Assembly (NCBI RefSeq): GCF_006345805.1
Contig: NW_021832176.1
Coordinates: 1 to 30,841, forward strand
Length of the DNA stretch: 30,841 nt
Direction: 5' to 3'
Source: Octopus sinensis
Lineage: Eukaryota
In this document: in pieces, positions 1 through 10,540 of the stretch
Position numbering within the stretch: the stretch's first letter is position 1
Layout: every line of letters starts with the position of its first letter
Program-made: the position numbers and the translations under genes
The notes under the pieces: generated by a model
Databases searched by the model: none
What the model was told of the DNA's origin: nothing
Seen by the model: the letters and a program-made list of their open reading frames with translations, nothing else

Positions 1-154
1 GGCATTGCACGATAACAACATTGATTAAGCTTAGTGCAATTGTCATACTCGATAACGAGGGGGCAGCCACCATATATATAATTTTCCCTTTACCATTTTA
101 CTCAGCCCCTGATTCCTATGGTAGTTTCTATAAACTAACAAAGCGATTTAGCTT

Positions 155-549
155 AAGGTCGCAGAATCGTTAGTACGCTGGGCGAAATGCTTAGCGGTAT
201 TTCGTCTGCTGCTACGTTCTGAGTTCAAATTCCGCCGAGGTCGACATTGCCTTTCGTCCTTTAGGAGTCGATAAATTAAGAACCAGTTACGCACTGGGGT
301 CGATATAATCGACTTAATCCGTCTGTCCTTGTTTGTCTCCTCTGTGTTTAGCCCTTTGTGGGCAGTAAAGAAATAGGTATTTCGCCTGCCGCTACGTTCT
401 GAGTTCAAATTCCGCCGAGGTCGACTTTGCCTTTCGTCCTTTCGAGGTCGATTAAATAAGTACCAGTTACGCACTGGGGTCGATGTAATCGACTAGCTCC
501 CTTCCCACAATATCTTTCAAGGTTTTGTGCCTAGAGTAGAAATAATTAT
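155..549 (+). mobile_element. tRNA-derived SINE, dimeric copy (Meta-domain / octopus OR1-like family)
   Basis: Head gcagaatcgttagtacgctgggcg, B-box-like gagttcaaattcc and central cgaggtcgac..gcctttc.tcctt..gtcgat..a..agtaccag block. A second unit starts at 376 after the junction aaagaaata|ggtatttcg. Near-identical to 2714-3117, 6519-6746 and 18699-19095. Confidence 0.85.
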
Positions 550-809
550 GTTCTTCAGTCTTCTATAAGATATCTCTTATATAATGTTCTCCTACTCTGT
601 TTTCCATCACTTCTACTATGATGTTTTATGTGTGGTGATGTTCACAACGACTTGTTCTTCCAGTAATGATAAGCGAGAGACGAGAGAAAGACATCTTGTT
701 ATCTCTGTTTCCTGTTGCATTGTCCCAGAGATTAGGTTGTTCAGGACTCTTCGAGCAATTAGGTTAACTTTGAATTTCCATCAGACATTAAACAGCTTTC
801 TTAATCTTA

Positions 810-1178
810 ACACACACACATACGTTCTGACGCACACACATATTCACACGCACTCACATACACATACGTACTGACACACACACACACGTACTCACAAACA
901 CACACACACGTACTCACACATACATGTACTCACACACACATACTCTCTCTCGCTCTCTCATACACACACACACGTACATACACACACTCACGTACTCACA
1001 CACACATACACAATTACTCAGAAACATACGTAATCAAGCACACACACATTCTCATACATACATTCAAGCATATCCACATGCACACATACACACATACAAA
1101 CTCAAACACACGCTCATATACGTACATACGTGTATACCCGCATGTACACTTAAGCCTATATGTACTAACAGCGCGCGT

Positions 1179-1205
<27 letters not shown>
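810..1205. repeat. Degenerate (CA)n / (CATA)n microsatellite tract
   Basis: Visible alternating CA-rich tract. Explains the HTHT/MCVC pseudo-ORFs. Confidence 0.9.
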
Positions 1206-1209
<4 letters not shown>

Positions 1210-1579
1210 AGCATATAAATGCATCTACCTATTCATTCATTCACAAAATATTCATCTACACACACAGAGAGGAATCAATACAAACATACATACATAGAGA
1301 TATATAGAACCCCGTATATACACCCTCATATGCAATCACACATGAACATACACATTCACACACATTTGTATTTATGTGAGAGTATATATATATATATATA
1401 TATGAATAGATAGATAGATATAGATATAGAGATACTCACACATAATACAAATGAACTCAGGCGCAAAACACACACACACACACACATACACAGTCTCAGA
1501 TGTACAACTTTTATGTTCTTTGATACTTATCGAAACAAACCATAGAATCAGTAGAGGTTGTGTGGTGGTCGTGGTCGTG

Positions 1580-1683
1580 ATAATGGGGACGACGACGACG
1601 ACGACGATGGTGATGATGATGATGATGATGATGAAGATGATGGTGATAATGATGACGACGATGATGATGATGATGATGATGGT

Positions 1684-1717
<34 letters not shown>

Positions 1718-1803
1718 CGACGACGATGATGACGAAGACGACGACGACGAAGATGATGACGACGACGACGATGATGATGATGATGATGACGATGATGATG
1801 ATA
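1580..1803. repeat. Compound (GAT)n/(GAC)n trinucleotide repeat
   Basis: Direct reading of sequence. Confidence 0.95.
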
Positions 1804-1954
1804 ACGGTGGTGATCTACTTATGCGGGTGGAGGATTGTTGGTGGCCTTTTTTTTTTAAATCAGTTTTTGTGAAGGAAACATCAAAACAACCATTCAGTTT
1901 TATCGTCTGGCCATGACATTTTTGTAAACGATAAACATTGGTGGACCTAAATGT

Positions 1955-1985
<31 letters not shown>

Positions 1986-2357
1986 TCTATTTATCTATTT
2001 TCACTTATTTAATGTTATATCGTCATCAGTGTGATGAATGCGAGGGCAAACCTCTGAGTTATCTACCCTGATTAATCAACTCCTGTCAATGTAGCACGGA
2101 CTGACCCTTTACTTAATATTACCCTCCTGCACTTACGTATGCCACACGTGGCACCTCAAGTGGTAAAATTCTCACACACATGCATTTATACACATACACT
2201 GATACATACATACATACATACATACATACATACATACATACATACATACATTCATACATACATACATACCCAATATAATAATTTGGGATAAAAACAAATT
2301 GTGCACAATTGTGGAAATTAGCTGCCCAGCAGATGTTAACATAAAGCAAAATTTATG

Positions 2358-2412
<55 letters not shown>

Positions 2413-2428
2413 CTTACATAAATTTAGC

Positions 2429-2472
<44 letters not shown>

Positions 2473-2569
2473 ATATACGTATAGAACTTTCTACACAACT
2501 TTTCAGTAACCCCACATTGTAGTGTCATGAACCGTCACCAATGCTTTATTTTAATCCATAGTGGTTATT

Positions 2570-2608
<39 letters not shown>

Positions 2609-2630
2609 GTCGTCATCGTCGTCGTCGTCG

Positions 2631-2661
<31 letters not shown>

Positions 2662-2662
2662 T
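2570..2662. repeat. (CAT)n/(CGT)n trinucleotide repeat
   Basis: Direct reading of sequence. Confidence 0.95.
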
Positions 2663-2713
2663 TGTTGTTGTTTGTTATTTCGTTGGTCCTGAATTAGCAG
2701 CAGACCATAGACC

Positions 2714-3117
2714 GGCGAGCTGGCAGAATCGTTAGCACGCCGGGCGAAATGCTTAGCGGTATTTCGTCTGCCGTTACGTTCTGAGTTCAAATTCCGCCGA
2801 GGTCGACTTTGCCTTTCATCCTTTCGGAGTCGATTAAGTAAGTACCAGTTATGCACTGGGGTCGATATAAACGACTTAATCCGTTTATCTGTCCTTGTTT
2901 GTCTTCTCTGTGTTTAGCCCCTTGTGGGTAGTAAAGAAATAGGTATTTCGTTCTGAGTTCAAATTCCGCTGAGGTTGACTTTGCCTTTCATCCTTTCGAG
3001 GTCGATTAAATAATTACCGGTTACGCACTAGGGTAGGGGTCGATGTAATCGACTTAATCTCTTTGTCTGTCCTTGTTTGTCCCCTCTATGTTTAGCCTCC
3101 TGTGGGCAATAAAGAAA
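2714..3117 (+). mobile_element. tRNA-derived SINE, dimeric copy (Meta-domain / OR1-like)
   Basis: Starts ggcgagctggcagaatcgttagcacgccgggcg. Same dimer junction aaagaaata|ggtatttcg at 2941/2942. Ends gggcaataaagaaaa. Confidence 0.88.
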
Positions 3118-3288
3118 AAGACAGACCGCTCCTTGATGCCCTACTACTATTTTTACCCTTTGCCATAGATTTTTCTATTATAAATATTTATATTCTTTGT
3201 GTTTTCTTTTCGTATTCTGTTGTAATTCGATGAAATACATATTTCTTCTTAACACGTAAATGCTAATCGATGTTGCGTTTCGTTGCAG

Positions 3289-3502
3289 GCGAATAACTCT
3301 TCCTTTACAGCGAATGTTTGTTCATAACACTTTGTTCAATACTACAAGGGATCTGGGACACCCGGTGTTTCAACTTCGTTGAATCTCGTCAGAGAGAAGT
3401 ACTCTTCCACCAATGAATGTAACAAGAGCCAATGGTCTTGCTTATACCTACAGTGAACAAAACTGGGTACTGTTCCATGTTGATATCTGCCAACCGATGT
3501 AA
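3289..3502 (+). other. Exon-like unique segment, unidentified
   Basis: Branch-like ctaat plus pyrimidine tract ending ttgcag (AG 3287-3288). One frame reads RITLPLQRMFVHNTLFNTTRDLGHPVFQLR*ISSERSTLPPMNVTRANGLAYTYSEQNWVLFHVDICQPM* with an internal TGA at 3380. No homology recognised. Confidence 0.25.
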
Positions 3503-3565
3503 AAAGAAAAAAAAAATTCATTTAAAACTGAAAAATTCAAAATTGAAATTGGTTATGTTTACAGA

Positions 3566-3985
3566 TATTAAGTTAAGTTAATTTTTTGGCTCAAAAAGCA
3601 AAAAGCAAGGCCATGTAGGGGGACATGGAATTATGTACAGGGAAAGTGTTCATGCAAAGAGTTCAGGTCATTTCTGGTTAAGAGAGACTTTGAACTGAAC
3701 GGTCGTCGGCATCTTCATTATCTCGTCCGGCAGCTTATTCCACGGATCCCTAACCCGGACGGAGAAAGCCCCTCTCCTTCGATTGAGATGAAATCGTCGC
3801 AGATAGAGCTTTTCGGAGTGACCCCGCAGCCGACGCTCTGGAGCAGGAGTGAAGAACAGCTCTTTCGAGAGGTTACACTTTCCGCTTATGATGTTGTGAG
3901 CAAGAATGAGATCACCATGGCGTCGTCGTTTTTCTAGAGAATAAAGGTCGAGCGTCTTCAGCCTTTCTTCATAAGACAAATGCTT
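3566..3985 (-). mobile_element. CR1/L2-group LINE, 3' terminal fragment (ORF2 C-terminus, 3' UTR, short tandem tail)
   Basis: Minus-strand translation LSYEERLKTLDLYSLEKRRRHGDLILAHNII...LRGHSEKL...AFSVRVRDPWNKLP matches the typical CR1 ORF2 C-terminus (L.YEERL..L.L.SLE.RR..GDLI; RGH..KL; FS.RV...WN.LP). Stop at 3668-3670, followed by UTR and a (taact)n tail. Confidence 0.9.
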
Positions 3986-4194
3986 ATTCATATCATAGTC
4001 ACTGAGTGGTTTGTGGTAAGGAGTAAGGAATTGGTTTCGGGTTTTTGTGAGTGGAGAAGAGAGAGAGATAAAGAGAAATAGATGTGGGGAGAGAAATAAT
4101 GGAGAATGATGTTGTCGCTTCGGTTGTAAGCTAAACAAAATTACATATTAACAGTAGAGTATCTCATGCTTAATGTAGTGGCGTTTAGTCCACT

Positions 4195-4350
4195 ACATGG
4201 CACTTTCTGTAAGCGTCTTCTATTATAAATCTCGGGCAGACCAATGCCTAAGAAAGTTTTGTAGACGGAAACTATGTGGAATCCCGTCGTGTGTGTATAT
4301 ATGTGTGTGTGTGTGTTTGTGTTCTCTCCCCCAACCCCCCCACACCTTTT
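4195..4350 (+). mobile_element. Decayed CORE-type SINE fragment (OR2-like)
   Basis: cgtcttctattata..ctcgggcagaccaatgcc....tttgtagacggaaac...cccgtcgt followed by (GT)n, matching the copies at 14058 and 15311. Confidence 0.65.
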
Positions 4351-4436
4351 GACAATTGATTTCGGTCTGCTGAACTTCTCTGGAATAAGGGGACAAAAAC
4401 AATTTACAGACGTGTTTTAAAATGTAAAAAAATACG

Positions 4437-4600
4437 ATGGCAAGTGTGCCCCTGCGTCATTAGAATCCATATATGGAGGCCCATGTTAGTATCTAAGGGG
4501 GCCCATCCCCTCAAGTTTGAGAATTTTTTAATTCACTTCTGGAAGAATGCAGGAATTATTTCACCTTGGTTGTGTTTGTAGACTGCTAAAAAGAATACTC
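4437..4600 (+). mobile_element. Partial copy of the hAT MITE at 5335-5637
   Basis: Shares gcccctgcg.cattagaatccatata.ggaggcc.atgttagtatct.agggggcccatcccctcaagtttgaga and the downstream sequence with 5369-5530. Termini not seen. Confidence 0.75.
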
Positions 4601-4894
4601 TGAGAGTATCATTCGCCCATTTACTCAAGTAAAATGCCTGGAAAACAAAACTCAAGTGAGTGGAACATGTTTTTAAAACAACAGCTAGAACCAAGACAAG
4701 ACAAGATTTATGTCTTTCTGTGTGGTTTATGTTATCTAAATATCTCTTAAGTTTGATGTTTTAAGATTTTAAGTCCGACTAGAGGGAAATTTTTGTCTAC
4801 TTCTTGCAGTATTAATCTCAGTTAATCGCAGGTTTTTTTCTCTTCAGATTCACTATAATTACGTTGGTGAGAATCTACGTTGAGTCTCTGTATA

Positions 4895-4960
4895 TCATCA
4901 TCATCGTCGTCGTCATCATCATCATAATCATCACCATCATCATCATCATCGTTGTCGTCA

Positions 4961-4991
<31 letters not shown>

Positions 4992-5040
4992 CGTCGTCAT
5001 CATCATCATCATCATCATCATCATCTTCATCATCATCGTT
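4895..5040. repeat. (CAT)n/(CGT)n trinucleotide repeat
   Basis: Direct reading of sequence. Confidence 0.95.
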
Positions 5041-5334
5041 ATCCTTTCAGCACTTAGTTACTTTACGTTCCCCCCATTCAATAAGATCAGAAACTCTTTC
5101 GAGTAGATGCTGCCAGGGGGTGGGGGGAGGGCATTATTTATTCATTTATTTATTTATCTGGCAGAACTACCAGAATGTCCAGCAAAATACAGAGCAGATT
5201 ATTTTTCCCAACATTTTACCGTCTGAGATCAAATTCTGGAGAGGTCAATTGTGCTTCTCATTCCCCACGGCCGGCCGATAAAATATTGCACCAACCAGAT
5301 ACTAGGGGGATCAACTTAACCCATTCCTCAAGAT

Positions 5335-5637
5335 CAGTGGCGGACTGGCCAGATTGGCAGCTTTCCCAATGGTAAGTGGGCCCCTGCGCCATTAGAATCC
5401 ATATACGGAGGCCTATGTTAGTATCTGAGGGGGCCCATCCCCTCAAGTTTGAGATTTGTTATCCACTCCCGGAAGAGTGCATTAATTATTTCAGCCTGGC
5501 TGTGTTTGCCGAGAGTTGAAAAGAATACTTTTAACGAAAAAAAAACACATTGTTGTTGCGGGTGGATCCCCTTGTAGTTACGGGTGGGCCCCCTTAGTCG
5601 CCTGGCAACCAATATTTTTAGACCTAGTCGGTCACTG
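5335..5637. mobile_element. hAT-superfamily MITE (about 303 bp)
   Basis: Imperfect 14-bp TIRs cagtggcggactgg (5335-5348) and ctagtcggtcactg (5624-5637). 8-bp TSD ctcaagat / cccaagat (7 of 8 match). An 8-bp TSD and CAG termini are hAT hallmarks. Confidence 0.8.
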
Positions 5638-5880
5638 CCCAAGATTTCTGGCTTTCTGCCAAAATTATAAAGAATCGTTGTTAAGGTGGCGAACTGGTAG
5701 AAACTTTAGATGGCAGAAAATGCTTTGTGGTGTCAGCTTCGGCTCTTTACGTTCTGATTTCAAATCTCGGTAAGGTCAACTTAAATAGCAATTGATCTTT
5801 CGCAGAAAACTACAGATGAATCAATTAAATGCAATATAATATTCATGTTCAGAGTCGAATTAAGACTAAATTCGATAAAT

Positions 5881-5907
5881 ACGTGTGTGTGTGTGTGTGT
5901 GTGTGTG

Positions 5908-5944
<37 letters not shown>

Positions 5945-5970
5945 CGTGCGTGCGTGTGCGTGCGCGAGTG
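5881..5970. repeat. (GT)n followed by (GCGT)n microsatellite
   Basis: Direct reading of sequence. Confidence 0.95.
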
Positions 5971-6461
5971 TGTGTTTATATATACATAAATATACATACA
6001 GGCGTTCGCACATACACATATATAAGCAAACATAAACGAACACATGGGACACACACACTCAAGTACATATGCATGTATGCTTATATACATATACATGTAT
6101 GTGAGAGAGTGTGAGTATGTATGTATGTATGTATGTATGTATGTATGTATATATTCATGTCGCAAATTTTCCAATATGTAAGTGAACAGTGACATTAGAT
6201 GAGAGAAATTTATACAGTAAAATTGCATTAGAATTATAGATGTTTAATGTAATTAAACCGTGTAATTTTCTTTCAACGAACGTCATTATTCAGATTTATT
6301 TTGCAAAATCGTTATGAAATTTAGACAATTTAGTAAATAAATATTGTTTACCGTTGAAACACTAACAGTTTGAGCGAGCACCACGAAGAAATGCTATGAT
6401 ATACATGAACTAAATCTAAAGAACGCAGACACACAGACACATACATATATATATGTATATT

Positions 6462-6510
<49 letters not shown>

Positions 6511-6518
6511 TACATATA

Positions 6519-6746
6519 TATTTCTTTACTACCCACAAGGGGCTAAACACAGAGAGGACAAACAAGGACAGACAAAGGGATTAAGTCGATTACATCGACC
6601 CCAGTGCGCAACTGGTACTTAATTTATCGACCCCGAAAGGATGAAAGGCAAAGTCGACCTCGGCGGAATTTGAACTCAGAACGTAACGGCAGACGAAATA
6701 CGGCCACGCATTTCGCCCGGCGTGCTAACGTTTCTGCCAGCTCGCC
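6519..6746 (-). mobile_element. tRNA-derived SINE, monomeric full-length copy (Meta-domain / OR1-like)
   Basis: Reverse complement of ggcgagctggcagaaacgttagcacgcc...gagttcaaattccgccgaggtcgactttgcctttcatcc...gggtagtaaagaaata. Confidence 0.88.
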
Positions 6747-6774
6747 TATATATATTACATATAGTAAAACGAAA

Positions 6775-6900
6775 GACGATGACAGATGTATGAACAACAA
6801 GCATGTGTATTAGTTTAACGCTCGGGAAAATGGAAAAACCTTTTACGTTTCGAGCCTATGCTCTTCAGCAGAAAGGAATAAGAGAAAATAAGCGGAGAAA
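6775..6900 (-). mobile_element. Penelope-like-element-associated repeat fragment carrying a hammerhead motif
   Basis: Homologous to 24370-24460 (+) (tttcccgag.gtta.ac.aataca..tg.ttgttgt..a.ac..ctgtc). Contains the hammerhead motif at 6839-6876. Confidence 0.5.
6839..6876 (-). ncRNA. Minimal type I hammerhead ribozyme motif, variant core
   Basis: Minus strand reads ccuuu CUGCUGA A GAGC auag GCUC GAAA CGU A aaagg: 5-bp stem I, 4-bp stem II, palindromic ACGU stem III, GUA triplet, A6 replaced by C. Confidence 0.6.
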
Positions 6901-6927
6901 GAATTAAAAAACCAGAGATTCACGAAG

Positions 6928-7272
6928 TGGCACTCTGTCGGTCACGACAACGAGGGTTCCATTTGATCCGATCAACTGAACAACCTGCTCATGAAATTAA
7001 CGTGCAAGTGGTTGAGCACTCGAAAGACACATGTACCCTTAACGTAGTTCTTGGTGAGATTCAGCGTGACACAGAATGTGACAACGCTGGCCTTTGAAAT
7101 AAAGGTACAACAGAAGCAGGAAGAGAGAGTGAGAGAAAGTTGTGGTGAAAGAATACAGCAGGGTTTGCCACCACCTGGAGTCTCGTGGAGCCTTAGGTGG
7201 TTTCGCTCAATAAACACTCACAACGCCCGGTCTGGGAAACGAAACCACGAGTCCGCTGCCCTAACCACTGGG
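6928..7272 (-). mobile_element. tRNA-derived SINE (octopus OK / Ceph-type), diverged copy
   Basis: Reverse complement starts cccagtggttagggcagcggactc...ggtttcgtttcccagaccgggcgttgtgagtg. Homologous along its length to 11396-11765. Confidence 0.8.
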
Positions 7273-7275
7273 TTA

Positions 7276-7310
<35 letters not shown>

Positions 7311-7392
7311 ATAAGATCGCTATTTAAAATACCGATCTTATCAGGTGGCTAGCATGGGAATAAAAAACTTCGACGGTAATAATTAAAATTAT

Positions 7393-7511
7393 TGAAATTA
7401 TAATTAAGGGTATCTAAGAGATACCACCACGTTAGAAATAGGCAGCCAGTGAAGTTTTGGCTGCTATTTCTAGCGTGGTGGTATCATTTAGGTACCCTTA
7501 ATTATAATTTC

Positions 7512-7512
<1 letters not shown>
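7393..7512. repeat. About 120-bp near-perfect palindrome (foldback / MITE-like)
   Basis: Left arm tgaaattataattaagggtatctaagagataccaccacgttagaaataggcagcca pairs with right arm tggctgctatttctagcgtggtggtatcatttaggtacccttaattataatttca, with few mismatches and a short loop. Confidence 0.9.
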
Positions 7513-7571
<59 letters not shown>

Positions 7572-7892
7572 TGTATGTATGTATGTGTATATATATATAT
7601 ATATATTATATATATATATATATATACACATATATATATATATATGTATAACGTCTGTCTCAAAACGTTCCATGCCCAACTCTAGCAGCAATTTGACTTC
7701 ATTTGACGGTAAATACTGCATTGAAAAGACGTGTATGAATACAGCATCTTTGATGTTCTAACTGGAACTATGTTCTTCCTTCTTTGTACCATCGGCTAAT
7801 CTGGCAACATAGTGACTACTTTGACCGAACTCGGAACCATGTTGTTGGTAAGCAAGCAATTTACCAAACATCTACTCCTGCGCTGTATATGC

Positions 7893-7923
<31 letters not shown>

Positions 7924-8051
7924 TGTATGTATGTATGTATGTATGTATGTATGTATGTGTGTGGGTATGTATGTATGTATGTATGTATGCATATATATCA
8001 CTCTTTTACACTCTGTGATTTACCAAATATATATATATATATATATTCTAG

Positions 8052-8280
8052 GTGTGTGTGTGTCTTTGTATTCGTGCTTGTCTGTTTGTCTCCACCCCCA
8101 CCCCCACCGCTGACAACCGGTATTATTGTGTTGACGTTCCTGTAACTTGGCTCGGCAAAAGAAATAGATATAATAAGTACCAGGTTTAAAGGATAGATTA
8201 AATATTGGATAGATTAAAAATTCCTCAAGGCGGTGCCCCAGCATAGCCGCAGGCTAATGACTGAAACAAGTAAAAGACAA
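8052..8280 (+). mobile_element. CORE-type SINE (OR2-like), 3' half
   Basis: ctgacaaccgg..tgttgacgttcc.gtaact..ggctcggcaaaaga...aaggcggtgccccagcatagccgcag..taatgactgaaacaagtaaaaga. Confidence 0.75.
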
Positions 8281-9125
8281 ACGGTTAAAGACCGTTGGGA
8301 GACCCGTGAGAATAAATTGCATCCCTAATCAGGTTAACCTTTTGAAGGCCAGTTTCAAAAGGTTTCTCCCTTTCTCAGATGGATAGATTTCTTTTTGCAT
8401 AGCACAAATAATGCCAAAAATAAATGATTTTGGTGGTAGTTGGAAGATCTTTCTTTCACCAATAAGTCTGCAAAAAGACCAAAGACCAAAAAGAAAAACA
8501 AAAAGGAAAAGAAAAGAAAAGAAAAAAGAAAGAAAGAAAGAAAGCACTTTAAAACTTGACAATTTTGTAAGGTGATTACAATGAAGGAGGGTACTTAGAA
8601 TGGTAACGGAAGGACTTCGACAAACTTTAATGATTGATTGAATGGCCAAACCAAATGAAGTAATTGGTTAAATGTTAATGAATTATTTAATAAGAATAAA
8701 AGAGGTGAAACAGAACCAGTGCATGAGCTTATTATTAACGTAATGACCCTCCTTACGACAGTTCCCATAGCTTCCATTGTTGTGATGGTGAAGAGTGTAA
8801 CGCTTCGGGATTTTTCCTTTCGTCTAAGAAAGAAGGGAAGAGAGAGAAAGTGAGAGAGAAAGTGAAAGGGAAGAGAGTGAAGAAAGAAAGAGTGAATAGA
8901 GAGCGAGTGGGAGAGACTGAGAGGGGGAGAGAAAGAGAGAGAGAGTGAGGAAAAGAGAGAGAGAGTGGGGAGAGAGGGGATTGCTGAATATATGGCAAGC
9001 TGCAGAAAAAGAACATGATTTTGATAAAAAATAGTGTGTGTAATAATATATTTTATTTTTTTTTTTCAATGCTTTGCTTTTCTTCCTTCTTTACTTTAAT
9101 CTCCCTCCGTCTTTTAAAACTCTGG

Positions 9126-9257
9126 GAAGAAGAAGAAGAAGAAGAAGAAGAAGAAGAAGAAGAAGAAGAAGAAGAAGAAGAAGAAGAAGAAGAAGAAGAA
9201 GAAGAAGAAGAAGAAGAAGAAGAAGAAGAAGAAGAAGAAGAAGAAGAAGAAGAAGAA
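9126..9257. repeat. Pure (GAA)44 repeat
   Basis: 132 uninterrupted bases of GAA. Source of the poly-E/R/L pseudo-ORFs. Confidence 0.97.
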
Positions 9258-10159
9258 GAGGACAGGTGGTGGGGTTACTATCAATCAGTGCAAAAACTTT
9301 AGAAAAAGAAAGAAAAGAATGAGAAATAAAATAAATAAATAAATTACTCGACTGGCGAAAGGAAAGAAACCAATGGAAACCCTTCCAGCTGTTCACGTGA
9401 TAATCACCCTTTTACACTCTGTGATCTACCAGAAGCAAAAGAAATAAAAGTAACAAATATCAGGGGAAAATAGAGAGAAGGGAGAGAGTGAAGAAGAAAG
9501 AGGGAGAGTCCCAACTTCTCTTTGCATATTCTACTCCGCCTTCCCTCACATCGTTCCTCTTATTTTTTTTTTTTTATATTCCTCCATATTGGTTACTAAC
9601 CCCCGCTTTTTTTTTTTTCACTTTAAAAGCACAGACATACATAAAGGGGATACACACATATGCACATACGCAGCTGTTATTTTACAACTCATCCGTATTT
9701 TACCCCATCTCTCTCTCTCTCTCTCCCTGCATTTATATAATATCTTTTTCTCTTTTTCTTTTTCGTGTCCTCTTTCTCCTCCCCTTCCTCGTTCCCTCCT
9801 TTATCTTCATACGCTTTGTCTTCTGCGCTTTTCTCTCTTACACCTTTCTTACTTCTTGTTCTCTCTCTCTCACTCTCTCCCCTCACCCTACGTACTTTAC
9901 TCACTTCTACTTCCACCACTTATGCTACTTTGCACAACAGAAGAAAATGGATTGACGTGTCGTCTGGTCTTGTTTGGCTGTTGACTTATTTTATTACAAA
10001 AATGACTGAAGGTGGGAGATTTAAGCAGCCCCTACGATGTCACTCGACCTGCTATAACTAATAGCTAAACTCTCCCAAATCAAACACAACAACCGTGAAA
10101 AACAAAAGAACAAAAAAGGGTAATAATGACGTCTGGTCTTGCTTGGCTCATTTTTTTAC

Positions 10160-10347
10160 CTTTCACTTGTTTCGTTCATTAGACTGCGGCCATGCTGGAG
10201 CACCGCCTTGAAGTGATTTTAGTCGAATAAATGAACCCAAGTACTTATTTTTTGTTCTCTTTCTTTAAGTTCGGTATTTATTCTATCGATCTATTTACCG
10301 AACCGCTAAGTTACGGTTGTCAAGCGATGGTGGGGGTACAAACATAG

Positions 10348-10379
<32 letters not shown>

Positions 10380-10431
10380 GATGGGCTTCTTTAAGTTTTT
10401 GTCTACCAAATCCACACACAAGGCTTTGGTC
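10160..10431 (-). mobile_element. CORE-type SINE (OR2-like), headless copy
   Basis: Reverse complement of the body and tail of the 14058 and 15311 copies. Confidence 0.8.
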
Positions 10432-10503
10432 TACTATAGCCTCGCGCCGACCAAAGCCTTGTGAGTGGATTTGGTAGACGGAAACTGAAAGGGAACCATC
10501 GTA

Positions 10504-10540
<37 letters not shown>

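Noticed and set aside
664-765. Possible exon after ttcttccag (MISERREKDILLSLFPVALSQRLGCSGLFEQL)
   Set aside because: Only a weak donor (gttaac), joining to the 3289 acceptor gives an immediate stop, and no homology was recognised.
3380-3382. Selenocysteine codon
   Set aside because: The context matches no selenoprotein family I know, and no SECIS-like hairpin is visible before the LINE tail.
8631-8645. TGATTGATTGAATGG Pbx/Hox-like site
   Set aside because: Short AT-rich motif expected by chance, with no conservation data.
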